Assembly (NCBI RefSeq): GCF_006345805.1
Contig: NC_042999.1
Coordinates: 106,082,001 to 106,146,000 of the forward strand
Direction: 5' to 3'
Length of the DNA: 64,000 bases
Origin: Octopus sinensis
Taxonomy: Eukaryota
Position 1 is the stretch's first letter; each line of letters begins with the position of its first letter. The position numbers and the translations under genes were made by a program. The notes under the pieces were generated by a model. That model searched no databases, was not told where the DNA came from, and saw only the letters and a program-made list of their open reading frames with translations. Shown here piece by piece: positions 23,391 to 36,505 of this stretch.

Positions 23391-25649
23391 TTTCACTAAA
23401 TATCAAAATAAAACGATTATTAAATTTTTGCTGATACAAAAATATTTTAAAGTTTGTCTGCAATATAAAGTTTGTCTGCAAAATACATAAATGATATCTA
23501 AAAATATTTCATCCGTGAGAAAAATAACCCTGACCTAGAGTTAACTTATGACTGAAAGAGACTTGCAGATTTCAAAACAGACCATCACAGGACGTGTAAA
23601 ATAAATAATACATGTCAACAATGCTATTTCCAATTATAAATATAATAAAACCAAGTAAATTTCTAGATTCAAAAGAATAATTATATGTAACAACAAAAAG
23701 AAAATGCTTCACATAGAGTATTGAAGGACAGAATCCAAATTAGAATTACCTAAACGAACAATGATTACGAGAGAATAAGGAAGATTATATTCGAAAAGAT
23801 AAAATGCCAAAGATATAAATGTTGAATGATAATATGTAATGGAATGGCAGAAATATACAAAGAATTAACATCGATAGAGGATTTACGTGTGAAGTGACGA
23901 AATAAGCTCACAAATATAAAACAACTATAAAATGGCAATAATTACAAAACACAAATCCAGGCATCGGATTCTTACTGAAAACGGATGCGAATATCTATAT
24001 CACCTGGATAAGCAAATAATCTATGAAACACTCTATGTACAGAGAAAAATAAATCTTCCCTCAGAACTATTCGTATAAGAATATCAAAGCAAACCAATAA
24101 TGTAATAAAGAAAATGAAATATATAGAGAAATTTAGAAAACAGAAATATCTCTAAAATGTTATTGATTAACAGAAGATAATATAGTAAAATATACTCAAA
24201 ATCAAAGAATGCTTAGAACAAAGATCCTCGCTAAATCGCAAAATGCCAACGATAAAAAGATCAAGTATCATTTCAGCAAACAAACAGCTGACTACAACCC
24301 AAAGCAATTGCATCAAAAACTGGGTAAAAACTATTGGAAACACAGTGCCAATAGTAAAGGCGGAGAAATATTCTGAAGGGAAAAATTGTCTTAGTTAAAA
24401 ATTATTTGAAACTAGCGTTGTAACTGAATATATTATGGTAGGTCACATTGTCAAGGATTTACTTATATGCTTCAAAATAAACAAAGAGATTGTGTACAAT
24501 AAGAGGTGTTAACATTTCAAACTTATAGTTGGAATATTTTCTCGAAAGTACAAGTACAAGTAAACAATAATGGAGGGAGTGAAGCGGGAATACCTCGTGG
24601 CTGGCTCACGAGAGATAACCGCATTATAATCTCTTGTCTAACGGAACATCAAGCTTACAACTTTTTTTACACATAATTTATCTTCCTAATATGTTTTTCA
24701 CTGTATAAAAATATACTATAGCATTTAACTGAAAAGCGCAGCTTATTTCTAGGAGAAGATTGATCTTTGTATAACATGATCGAAATACCAGCAGTGTCTC
24801 TAAACATCACTTCTCACCACTGGCAAATAATAACCATGGGAAAATATTCGAAATATTTACAAGCCTGGAGAGAACAATAAAAATTAAAATGACTGCAGGA
24901 CTAATATACTGTTTAGATTTTGAAAAAAATATATTACACCAAGAAAATAGCAATGTTTTGTTATATGCAACAGAATATCTAGAGACCTGGAAGACAGAAT
25001 CAGGTAAGAAATAACATATAGAAATTCCACAAAGTCTATCATGAAAATTATATTCCACGTGCCTACGAAATATAAAGTAATGAGACTACATTGTGTATAA
25101 GAGTTAGGAGTCAGAATATACTCGCTAGCATAGTTTTGCATACAAATTTTATGATGTATCCTGTTAAAAGAATTTTGCTTTGAAACATATGCAGTAGTAA
25201 AACAGCCATTCGTTTTCTCGCACGAAACATAATAATTATACATACTTGGAATTGCCGAACACCAGATGCCAACAAACTATCCTTTTAACGTGGCATTTAT
25301 CACTCAGGTGGTTGGTTGGTTTACCTTGACTTTACGAATGGAGCCAAAACACGAATAGCATTTCATATACTGTATAATATTTTATATTTTGTGGATATAT
25401 ATCAAATGATATTTATCTCTCACTTGATTGAGTACATTTATGTCGATCCTAGGTTGAACGAAATCGTAAACTATAAAACCGTGTGACCACACACGCACTG
25501 TTGGTGATATTTGACCTTCTCTGGAGCTATGCCCTGAACGTTGAAATCCCTATTTTTTCCAACTTTACCGAGCGCCAAACTAATACATTCCATATGCACG
25601 TCCTCTTGTTTTTTCGTTATTGTTATTGTTTGATTATTAGATTTGACTA

Positions 25650-25751
25650 TATGTATATATATATATATAAGCACACACTCTAACATACACACACATATAT
25701 ATACACTGTCTTTATATATATATATATATACACTCGCACATATATATATAT

Positions 25752-25788
<37 letters not shown>

Positions 25789-26040
25789 GAGGTTAGAAAA
25801 ATAATAGGAAGAACTTATATGAGAGTATTATACATCTAATATGCAGTTGGTCTATCTTTTTGTATGTCTCCCATGTTAATACGTAGTACAATCGATTCAT
25901 TCAGGTTCTGAATAACTAATCGGGGAATTTCCAGCAACTTGTCCAATAAGTCCAGCTGTAGCTCCTTCAGTAATGATGGTGGGTGAGAGAAGCGGCTTCT
26001 GATTTGTTGCTTCAAAATGCGCCTTAAATGTTCGATTATA

Positions 26041-26095
<55 letters not shown>

Positions 26096-26155
26096 ATATA
26101 TGTATGTATGTATAAATATATATATATATATTATATATATATATATGTATGTATG

Positions 26156-26196
<41 letters not shown>

Positions 26197-26201
26197 GTAT
26201 G

Positions 26202-26277
<76 letters not shown>

Positions 26278-26393
26278 TTGATAGATAGATAGATAGATAG
26301 ATATGTATGTATGTAATATAATTTTTCTGAATCTTCGGATTTTTCTCTATAATTAATATTGATCAAATTAATATCCAGTTTTTCACCCGCATT

Positions 26394-26440
<47 letters not shown>
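25650..26440. repeat. Compound (TA)n/(GA)n/(GATA)n microsatellite field
   Basis: Directly visible; interrupted by a Tc1 relic. Confidence 0.9.
25790..26035 (-). mobile_element. Tc1-like transposase C-terminal relic
   Basis: [28 protein letters not shown]...EIPRLVIQNLNESIVLRI...DRPTAY resembles the Tc1 C-terminus IEHLW..L...LKEL...W..IP...IQ.L.ES...R......GGPT.Y. Confidence 0.75.
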
Positions 26441-26444
<4 letters not shown>

Positions 26445-26950
26445 GTATTTAAGGATGATCATGTTGCCAGTTTAGCCAATAAAAATGCACGCACTATATA
26501 TTTGGTGTTAATTTGTTTCAACTTTATTTATTGTTTACATTAATCTTATTCTTATTTCGACCAGATTTCTTTCTTCACACTTCTGTGACCACATCAGTGG
26601 TCCTTTGCTTTCTTCTTTCTTATTTGTGTGTCTCCCCTTACTAACAATTAGCCATTTTGTATTTAATTTAATATATCGTAATTATAAATATTGAATATAT
26701 ATATATAGTTATTTAATTCCATTTGTTTATCTGTGTATTTCATTATGTTTCGTTTATATTGTTATCAGTTCTGGGGGATCTTATTCTGTCATATGTTGTG
26801 GTGTGTTAGGGTGTGTGCTAGTGTTCCATTCCAGTTTCCTACTCAAGCTAGGTTTATCTTCTTCAATGTGCGCAGTTTCTGTAAATTGTCTAAGTGTTGC
26901 GTCTGTTCTAAGTGTGGAAAATATTTAAATTCCTATGTTGTTAAGTGAGC
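26440..26950 (-). mobile_element. 3' end of a Penelope-like element: endonuclease C-terminus followed by a hammerhead-bearing terminal repeat (family H2)
   Basis: Minus-strand IFSTLRTDATLRQFTETAHIEEDKPSLSRKLEW (PLE endonuclease tail pattern LRQ.TE..HI...KP.LN...EW) lies upstream of hammerhead H2c. The distal part is homologous to 8150-8206. Confidence 0.65.
26559..26602 (-). ncRNA. Degenerate hammerhead motif (H2c)
   Basis: Reads GACCA-CUGAUGU-G-GUCACA-GAAG-UGUGAA-GAAA-GAAAUC-UGGUC, with a perfect 5-bp stem I. A9 is changed to U and the stem II closing pair is broken. Confidence 0.6.
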
Positions 26951-27000
26951 CCCCATGTTCCTGCTCGGCGAGAGCCCCTGTGTACCATCTAGAAGGGGTT

Positions 27001-27263
27001 TAGTCGAACAAATCGAACCCAGTACTTATTATGTTAAGCCTAGTAATTATTTTATCGACTTCTTTTGTCGAACCGCTAAGTTAGGGGAACGTAAACACAC
27101 CAAATCCGGTTGTCACACACACTCAAATATATATATATATATATATTTGAGTGTGTGTGTGGGACAACCGGATTTGGTGTGTTTACGTTCCCCTTACTTA
27201 GCGGTTCGACAAAAGAAGTCGATAAAATAATTACTAGGCTTAACATAATAAGTACTGGGTTCG

Positions 27264-27298
<35 letters not shown>

Positions 27299-27452
27299 AC
27301 GGGCTTCTTTCACATTCTGTCTGCCAAATCCACTCACAAATCTTTCATCATCAACCCGAGGCTAAAGTGGAGGGCACTTACCCAAAGTGGTATGTTGTGA
27401 GACTGAACCCAGAACCACGGAACCATGTAGTTGGGAAACAAGCCTCTTATCA
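27001..27452 (-). mobile_element. SINE family B copy containing an internal inverted duplication
   Basis: AGTCGAACAAATCGAACCCAGTACTTA...CCGCTAAGT and the later CCAAATCCACTCACAA...CACTTACCCAA..GACTGAACCC resemble other family B copies. Confidence 0.85.
27010..27267. repeat. 258-bp near-perfect palindrome centred on (TA)n
   Basis: The arms differ by one substitution and one 4-nt indel; the centre (27127-27146) is self-complementary (TA)n. Confidence 0.97.
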
Positions 27453-28949
27453 AACATCGACACGTACATCTGCACACACACAAAAAGACAGACACACACA
27501 TGTTACTAATATACTACAGACAGCTAATTCTTATATTGTTAATAAATTTAACTCTATTTTTTCTGTGATGCTTTCGGTTTTCTAAATATTTGCAGTGGTA
27601 TAAATTTAGCAGATAATGCACAGGGTTATATTCTTAGGCAGTATAAGAAAATATCTTTCAACAGATTCATTTTCCACTCCAGTAAAATCTTTAACTGTTA
27701 AACATTTACGTAATGTTGTTCTCAAACGAGAAATATGGCTCATGCTCAATTTGTCCTTGAGGAAGTTTTCGCTGGATTTTATTGTAGATTAATTCTAGAT
27801 CCATTGAAAAGTTATAAATTTACAATATATTACTTTCAATTGCAAAGAAGGATTTGTTTCTCATTCACTTAATATTACTTAAACCACAATTAATTATGGA
27901 ATATGTGGGGTGTGAAAAGATTAACTTAAAATCATTTTATATAAGAATGAGACAGAAATGTAAATTTAGTAGGTAACTATTAGATACTTCTTGACTCACT
28001 TTAACACTTATGGATGTAATGGAATAAAACAGAAAAATAATCTTAATTCGGTTATTCAATGAGTTTCTTTATATTATTTTACCATCTATGGCTTATACAT
28101 ATTCAATCTCAAAGGACATTATCCAAAAGGCAGAAATCAATGATTTTCAACCTGAGTTCATTTATCACATATTTTTATCAATATATCGGTTGAAATCAAG
28201 GTCTCTTCAGTATAACTCATTATATTATAGGTAGTGTGAAAACATTTCGATCATTTCTTTGCTTTCGGAAATAAAAATACATCAGTATAGGTTTTTTTTT
28301 GTATATTTCTCTGAGACTATTCATATATTTCAAAATATCTTTGTATAAATGTTCCCCCCAACAAAAGTTTTTGTTTTTATTTATATTATTTATATTTAGA
28401 CGTTTCTGTACTTTTATACCACATAAGACTTCACACAATTCAAGAGCAAAGTTGATTTTATGTTGAACGTGATGATTAGCGACCTGATGGAGTGAAAACA
28501 TCTTTTAATCGAACGGGGAATAAAACACATATTTTCTTCTGGTTTGCAAACTATATGTACTTTTCATCACGATGTGATATGCTTGAGCGTGCGTGTCAGG
28601 GGTAAAACTGAACTCATAATAGTAGGGCTAATCATCTAAAAATAATTTGTGTTGTTATGCATTACGAAATGGTAACCTAACACGGTCTTCATCTGTAAAA
28701 CAAAAACGTGCTCTATCTGTATTTATTGTCCTAATTTATAAATTCAAAATGGATCATTAAAATATAGCTATAAAATAAACATTGCAAATTGTAGAATTTA
28801 TCCTCACCGAAAAGTGGATGCTGTGTTAGAACAAAGGACATTACGGTAGTTACCATGAAAGACCCTCACACATACGTTTTCGGTGCATCGGTACTTGTTT
28901 ACATCGCAAGCAAAGAGATAAATCTCTTGCCATCACCACCGGTGCGACT

Positions 28950-29470
28950 AACAAATCAAGTGAGTTAGGTCTTCCCGAAATTGACTTTGCATCTCAAAAC
29001 ATTAAGACCATCAGTTTCCATACAGATGAAACGACGTTGAATTTTTTGGAAGAAGTGTGGAGGGGATTGTCACTTTCGCTCTAGCTCAATGTAACGAACC
29101 CAAAAGAAATCCAACCTTATGGAACTCTGAAGAAAACCAGCTAGATCTAAATGAAACAGAATGTAAGAAGACGTGGCATCTACCAAGCAGAACTCTTTGT
29201 CATACCAAGTTCACTGTGCAAAATAGTCTCTCTTCTCTCAAGGGACAAGCTAATCGCCTTATTTATGGAGTTTATAGTCAATCGCCTGTCATCCATCGCC
29301 ATAAGCTGAACACAATGGACCTTGGGTCATCTCCAAATCTCTCCTTTCTCTTAAATTCAATTGCCTACTTTTGTATTGTTAGTGATCCCCTAATGAAGCA
29401 ACCGTTTTGTTACAGATACTTCATAACACAACGAAGCCAAACTTTCACCAATTCCCAGAAAATCTAATAG
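28950..29470 (-). mobile_element. Decayed mariner transposase relic
   Basis: Minus strand reads MAMDDRRLTINSINKAISLSLERRETILHSELGMTKSSAW*MPRLLT, similar to the element at 5818. The plus-strand ORF 29057-29467 is its antisense. Confidence 0.8.
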
Positions 29471-29936
29471 TTACTTCTAAGGGCTTCTTTAGTTAGATGT
29501 CGGTTTATCGGGAAACAAACAATGCAGTTATTAATAAACAGTTTTGAAATTAATGTATGCAAGATTTCGTAGCTCTGGCATCCATCATTTACTCTTAGTC
29601 ATTCTATGAACATTTCAACTAAACATCTTATACAATATCACGTCGGTTGTATAAGAAAGCAAACTAATTAAACTATATACAACAAAAATAAATTATTCAT
29701 GCTAAAAATACAAGGGCTAGAGTTCAGCAGAAATTGTTCGCAATATCCCCTATATCAGTGGATTTCTCTTACGTCGTAAAAGGACAAAAACAATTTGAAA
29801 GTTTTTACTGTTCAGAATATTATTTTTCTGTTAGTTTACACATGTTGGCAGATTAGTTATACATAATAAATCACTAAATCACTCCAGTATACGAAACAAA
29901 AAAAAACAATGATATATGTTAGCTTCTACACACAGA

Positions 29937-30014
<78 letters not shown>

Positions 30015-30015
30015 T

Positions 30016-31060
30016 CTAGCAGTATAACCCGGCCTTGCCCGGGATTAAGTTATGATTATTAAGCTTATCAAGCTCTTTATTTCAAACCAAACTAAGTAAC
30101 ATAGACGCCAAATTTGGGCGAAATCCGTTGTAATTAGTTATATATATAATATAATATAATATAAATAAATATGGGCAATAGACACGAACAAACATATACA
30201 CGCGTACGTACGTATACACCTATTGCATGTTTTGTGCACGCATACATGTTGATAAACAGAAATGAATTGAAAAAATGTTAAATTTGTAGATTAACACTCG
30301 CACAATTTTCACCAAGAAAAGAAACCATTTTTTTGGCATGGTATCAACTACTCTGGCCTCAAAACCCTTTTTGTGGTCCGTCAAACGGAGTGAGGTGTGG
30401 TGGAAGCCTCGCAAATTGTACCCATTTATATTATGTAATTCACTGACAAATTGTTACTCACCTCTTTGTTTCTTTGTTGTTAAATAAATGGATTTTCAAC
30501 AAAACACTTTTTTACTCGGCGTAAAATAAAAACAAAATTCTTTCGCAACCAAAGTAATGTGTGAGAGAGAGAGAGAGGGGGGAGAAAGATGAACGATTTA
30601 AAATAAATAAATGATTTAAAATAAATATATTGTAATTGTTATGTGAGAAAGTATATATACTATGATTATAAAATATAGTGCGCCTTTCAAAACCAAAAAA
30701 CAAAACATCTTGAATTTTACTTTTTAATGAACGTAGTCACTTACTCTCTCTTTCCCTCTCTCTCACATTGCCTTTCCCATGAAACTCTCTGCCTCCTTCT
30801 ATTTTTCTTTATCTTTCTTTTTGCTAGACGCCATCAAAAAGTAATGGCTAATATTTGTTATGGTTAAAGGCTATGGTTGAAAATGTTTGAAGATAGATTT
30901 TTCCCTATCCGCGGGTTCCTCGGGAAATAAATAAGTTAACAAAACCAAGATAGTGTGTTGAGAAATGTCCTCCCAAAATTTGAGCGATATGCCTGCTAAT
31001 TTGTGGATGTGCATAAATTACAATTACGTACACACACACACATCCTCCCTTTTATAGATA

Positions 31061-31063
<3 letters not shown>
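30016..31063 (-). mobile_element. Helitron-like non-autonomous element, or two partial copies
   Basis: 3' end: hairpin CCCGG-GCAAGG-CCGGG then TTATACTG-CTAG (30019-30016). 5' end: A|TCATATCTATAAAAGGGAGG at 31063. Whether both ends belong to one insertion is inference. Confidence 0.5.
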
Positions 31064-31099
<36 letters not shown>

Positions 31100-31100
<1 letters not shown>

Positions 31101-31382
31101 CATATATTATTTATATATATACTATATATAAATGGCAGTTTCTCTCTGTCTGTATGTCTGTCCGTCTGTATGTTACCATCTTGCTGCCCAAACTAGGGAA
31201 CCTATCTCCACCAACCATTGTAAACCTGTTGAACTAACATTCAGTTTAATTATACGCTAATTGTATTTCTATAAAAATCGATAATGGAGCGACTACGAGG
31301 GCTGAGCCATTGCGTGATAAAATGAGGGGGGGGTGCAAAAGTTTTAAGTTCAAAGAAATGTAGCAGAGCGAGTGTGGCTAAT
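31100..31382 (+). mobile_element. Possible Helitron-like element, 5' portion
   Basis: A|TCATAT...ATACTATATATAAATGGCAG followed by TGTCTGTATGTCTGTCCGTCTG resembles non-autonomous Helitron 5' ends; the 3' end is degenerate. Confidence 0.35.
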
Positions 31383-32240
31383 ATCAGGGAAAGGGAAGAG
31401 ACAGGAAGAGATAGACACACACAAATTGTAAGAGACAGACGGAGAAAACGACAGACAAGGACACTTCGATACATATAAAAAAGAGTTTATAAAGAGGTCT
31501 TATAGCTGTTTACGGGATATTTTATATATCCCTTCATCTGCGTCAGTGCGAAAATGTGTTCTGTGTTACTTTGTGAGAAAATGTCTCAATAACTGCCAAA
31601 AATTAATGCTATTACCCTGTATTCTATGCCCGGAATTTTGCAAGCTTTTGTGAATGTGCAACAGTAATTCTTACAGGAGATATCCCCTGCTGTGTTAACA
31701 GGGAGTTATAGGAAATTGCTGTTAACTGCAAGTGAAAATATATACGCAAGCAGAAGCTCACATGAGGAATCGAAACCAGTTCTAGTAGTATACTGCTTAT
31801 TAAAAGAAAAATCAGTAACATTAATGACAATTTTCTTTAGAGGCAGAAGAGACACACACATGAGATTCAATTTGATTAAGGGTAATTGGGAGTATGCAGA
31901 TACATTTTACAACCTATACTACACGAGTAAAGCAGGGTCACCGACTGTACGGTAATCAACATGCCAGTATCCACGTAAACTTCCATCTCTTTAAGCTGTT
32001 TAGTTTTGATGACGGGTCTTTGTGCCAGAAATATACATATAGGCTACTCCACCTACCTTTTTTCTATTGTGAGGTGCTCCCCGCCTTCAGTATTTGAAAT
32101 GTTACTTGTGTTTCACAATGGTTCACGCTCTTCTTTTTGTTTTCATTCGTATATTGTAAGCTACTACAAAGTGTAATTCTTATAAATTGCTTCTTTTGCG
32201 TGCCCAATATAACATTACAGCTGACGTCCAAAACAATATT

Positions 32241-32470
32241 TATTTCTTTATTGTCCACAGGGGCTAAACATAGATGGGACAAACAAGGAAAGACATAAGG
32301 ATTAAGTCGATTACACCGACCCCTGTGCGTAACTGGTGCTTATTTAATCGACACCGAAAGGATGAAAGGCAAGGTCTACCTCGGCGGAATTTGAACACAG
32401 AGCGTAACACAGACGAAATACCGCTAAGCATTTCGCCCGGCTTGCTGACGTTTCTGCCAGCTCGCCGTCC
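32241..32470 (-). mobile_element. Full-length SINE family A with a decayed TSD
   Basis: Reverse complement of the 54564 copy over its full length. Flanks TGACGTCCAAAACAATATT (32222-32240) and TCACGGCCAAAGCAATATT (32471-32489) match at 16/19. Confidence 0.92.
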
Positions 32471-32749
32471 TCACGGCCAAAGCAATATTATCAACATGAA
32501 AGCAAATGAGAATACGTGCAAAAAAGAATACGTATAGCTATCTGTATAACTTCTACACATCGTAATTAAATACTTAATCTGAAAAGAAGTTGAAGTTCAT
32601 AGTGGAATAATCATTTTCAATAACTCTAGCATGGCTTACATACATAAGAATAGGTACAATCGACCTAAAAGTAATAAAATGAGATTTGGTTTCTTGCACA
32701 TAACGTGACCTGTAGAAATTAATTTGTTTACAAGCGATAGATTATCGTA

Positions 32750-33150
32750 GTTTTATTGCATAGTATTTTTATGTGGTTCACTATAATTGAAGAAATATGG
32801 CTGCACATCTACTGATTATGACGAGTGTATTCTATATAGAGTATTAAATATTTAATGAGTCAAAAGAAGACACTATTGAACTTCTGAGAAGTGAAACAAA
32901 GGCACTCATTACAGCAGTTCTTGTAACACAATGGGCGAGTAGAAAGATGTCCGTCTCGTAGGTATTTATTAATATAAATAAATGTGCTTAGATCCTCACC
33001 TCAGAAATAAGCATGGGACTCATGGCAGATGGTAAGTAACAGATCAGCAGTTAAATAATATGAGGACATTTTTAGTGGCTGGTTTTACTCTAAGACAACA
33101 TCATGCGCGTAAAGATGTGTGGATGACATAAAATAACATAAAATGCGTGA
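32750..33150 (+). mobile_element. Possible very old CR1/L2-type RT relic
   Basis: YDECILYRVLN..EDTIELLR..QWASR..INKC echoes ADDC.LYR.I.S..D...LQ.DL...W...W.M.FN..KC. Confidence 0.4.
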
Positions 33151-33589
33151 GACCAACTCGGTTGATATACATGAAACTTTGGCTCACTAATGTTTAGAAT
33201 TTACATTCATTTACAAAACTTACCTTGTGCAGAATACTTAATTAGACACAAAAACCCCAAATTCAAACACACAATGAGTAAATGAAAATAATCAAAATAT
33301 AAATGAAATTTAGGGGTTTCAAGAGATTTCCTGTCTTTATATTTAGATCAATAAATATCCAAATGAATCTTTTATTCCGAAATAGAAGTTTAATGGTTTC
33401 ATTATTGTTTATCTTTTATAAATTTATTCTGAGGAATAATTTTAATTCATTCATTGGAGATAAATACGAAATTATTATAACAAAATTGATTGCTTCCTTT
33501 CTAGATATAGTCTATTAGAGGCAGAGAAAAACAGGTGGATAAATATAAACACAGACACTAATGCACGGAACCATATAATTTACTGAGAC

Positions 33590-33625
<36 letters not shown>

Positions 33626-34090
33626 ATACACAAGTATGCACAGATGTGTGTACACACAGACATCCGAACACGTTCATATATGTACCAATGTTTGTATATA
33701 TATATTTGGGTGTATATATCTACATATACATGTGTGTCTGCCGTTTCATTGTGAAAACAAATATATATTATATTTATTTGCATGCACACATTGTTGCACA
33801 TCCCTTATGCATAGTTATGCATAAACACACGCAAATATATATATATATATATGTGTGGGTGTGTGTATAGATAGATACAGACAGAGACAGATATAAAGAC
33901 ACAGACAGATAGATAGATAGATACATACATACATACATGCATACATACCTACACACACACACATATACATATATACATACATACATACACACGCACATGC
34001 ATACATACATACATGGATGGATGGATGGATGGATGGATGGATGGATGGATGGATGGACGGACGGATGGACGGACGGACGGACGGATATGC
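33590..34090. repeat. Compound microsatellite: (CT)n, (CA)n, (TACA)n, (GGAT)n grading into (GGAC)n
   Basis: Directly visible. Confidence 0.9.
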
Positions 34091-36341
34091 AAATAGATGG
34101 AACAATAAGAATTTCACTTTGATTGAATAAAGGTTTACTTTGAGACAGACGCCGGATTAAGCAGATGAATCCATAAAAAACTATACTGTGTAGAATGAAT
34201 ATGTTTGTTTAAAATAGAAAAATTATTTTATTTGTATTTTTAACCATTTCCATTGCAAAATTTAATTAGATTTTATATTACCATCTTGTCTTCAAAATCT
34301 AATTTTTTGAGGTTTCCTGTTCTATATTAGGCTTGTGTGAATGAATTAATCATAGTTTGTGATCATATTGAGCGAAGTTCTCAGGAAGTGTGCCACTACC
34401 TTCTCTTTCCTAGCTACATCAAAAGAAATAGTAATAGGAAAAATAAAATTAGGAGTAGGAAAACAAAGCCAGAAACGTGTCATCTAACATTAGACATTAA
34501 AACAATTAAATACACAACAAATGCAAGCATAATGGCTTTTATTAATAAAATGTTGGGAGCCATTACAGAGATGTATGAAACATATATAGAAATTACAGAC
34601 AAAAGCAAAGTATAATTCAGTTTTGTTTCCGAATATTTATAGAAATTAATTCTTTTTTTTTCTATTAAGGTTTTTGTTTGATGTGGAAGGTTTTTATACA
34701 TTACACTTACTAAAAAGTGTTTTCAGACTATTATGAGTTCATATGGTACGGAATATTTCTTTGAATATTAGCATTAATTTTTCAAGTATTGTTCATGAGT
34801 GAATGTTTTTTCCAGTTGTGACCACTGAAACATGAAATGCAAGAGATGTTAACTAGTTAGCTAAAGATAAATAGAATACTGTACTTTGATGAACGAACAC
34901 AAAAGAATGCTTTTAGCTGGATTCGAATTTACAACGTTTCCAACAAAATGCTAACTTTGATTCACTGTGTATCTATTAGGCGTCACTATTAGCTTTATTT
35001 GAACTCGCTAAATTTGATTAGGATTATGTTAAGAATTACAGGTTCTTATAGAGACACGTATACTTAAAGCATTACCTAATGTCATTCAGAAAAGCAAAAC
35101 AACCCATAAAAATATAATACTGAAACTCTATGTGCTATATATTACCACGTGCAAACTTATCAATATCATCTTTATCATCACGACGGTCATCATCTTCTGC
35201 AACACTGATTTAACCTCTTCACTAATGGATTCAGCATGGCTTTCGGTTTCAAATTTCCCCTATTATGTGACGTTAACAAGCAATGAGGTTAGCTCCTTAT
35301 TTAGTGTCAGCCATTTAATAGCTAGTTTAGTGATGAGGTCGTATTTTCTCGGCCACATTGAAACTTTATAAGTTATAAAACATATATAACACCGGATGAT
35401 TTCTAAATAAATTATCGGGATTTCTCAATACAACCTTCCATTTGACGATGGCACTGAAGAATGGCAGCGGAAATTTAAACCCTCAATTATCTTATTTACT
35501 TATACGCATGGACAAGAGTAAATTCCTCAAGAATGTGTAATGAACAGTTATGCTTATTTATTGAATGAAGAAAAGCGTTGGAATATCATGGGTAAACGTA
35601 CTTGTACAACCTGTACGATTTTAATGGGTTCTGATGATTGTTTGTGTTTTTAATTATTTACAAAGCTAAGTAGGTGAAATACGATAAAATTGGAAGAAAC
35701 TGAAGGGGCTAATAGTGGTATTTAGTAGATAGATATTCATATTTCACACAAAAATTCAGATTTTAGGACAAATGTCCAGAGAATGAGATATTTTCTCCTA
35801 ATAACAAATGGTGGAATTGGAGCAAAAACATGTTCTACAGGTCTCTCTCTCTCTGTCAATGGTTTTTTTCTCGGATATATTTAGTTAAATATTTTTTATC
35901 GAATTTTAAGTTAACTGAGTGCCACATTTTGGTGTGGAATTTATATTATAATACAGGTTGATGAGATGTTCTTTTATTCATTAGCATTTCCAAATTCGAA
36001 TACTGTATTGGTCATTTGATAATTACTCTTACATTTAATGAAGATCGTCCAATAATGCTTATATGATATTTGCTTTGTTAGAATATTTAATGGAGTGGAA
36101 ATATTTCGTAGTACATAATTCTTCTTCAGATAAATATACAATGCTGAAGCAGCTTACTCAAAGAATTGAACATTCTACGCACTAAAATATAGGCAAAAAA
36201 ATTTTAATAAGTAAACTATAACAATACCAGAGCCATCACTATAACTTTAGCACATATATATAACTTACAGCTCATAGGTGTTAAAATCCAGCAGGCGATG
36301 TTACATCTTTCCACATTCAATATTCAATTTCGGTTCCCCCG

Positions 36342-36372
<31 letters not shown>

Positions 36373-36474
36373 TCCTCTAATTATGATTAGGTCACAACTT
36401 ATTATGTTGCTATGCTAGTACATAATCCTTCTCCTTATACTATCTCTCCCACCCTCTCTCTCTCCATATATACT

Positions 36475-36505
<31 letters not shown>

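Noticed and set aside
23400-25250. Faint RT-like fragments (AGIPRG...) on the plus strand
   Set aside because: Too degenerate to assign a family or boundaries by eye.
29057-29467. 136-aa plus-strand ORF in apparently unique sequence
   Set aside because: It is the antisense of a decayed mariner transposase.
31830-32030. DTHMRFNLIKGNWEYADTFYNLY, loosely like Tc1-associated HTH N-termini
   Set aside because: Similarity is marginal, with no TIRs or catalytic motifs.
33222-33234. Possible 13-nt minus-strand microexon with an AAG|GTAAGT donor
   Set aside because: Frame-shifting length, weak acceptor and no supporting context.
35450-35490. CTGAAGAATGGCAGCGGAAATTTAAAC
   Set aside because: Core spacing is suggestive, but stems I and II do not pair convincingly.
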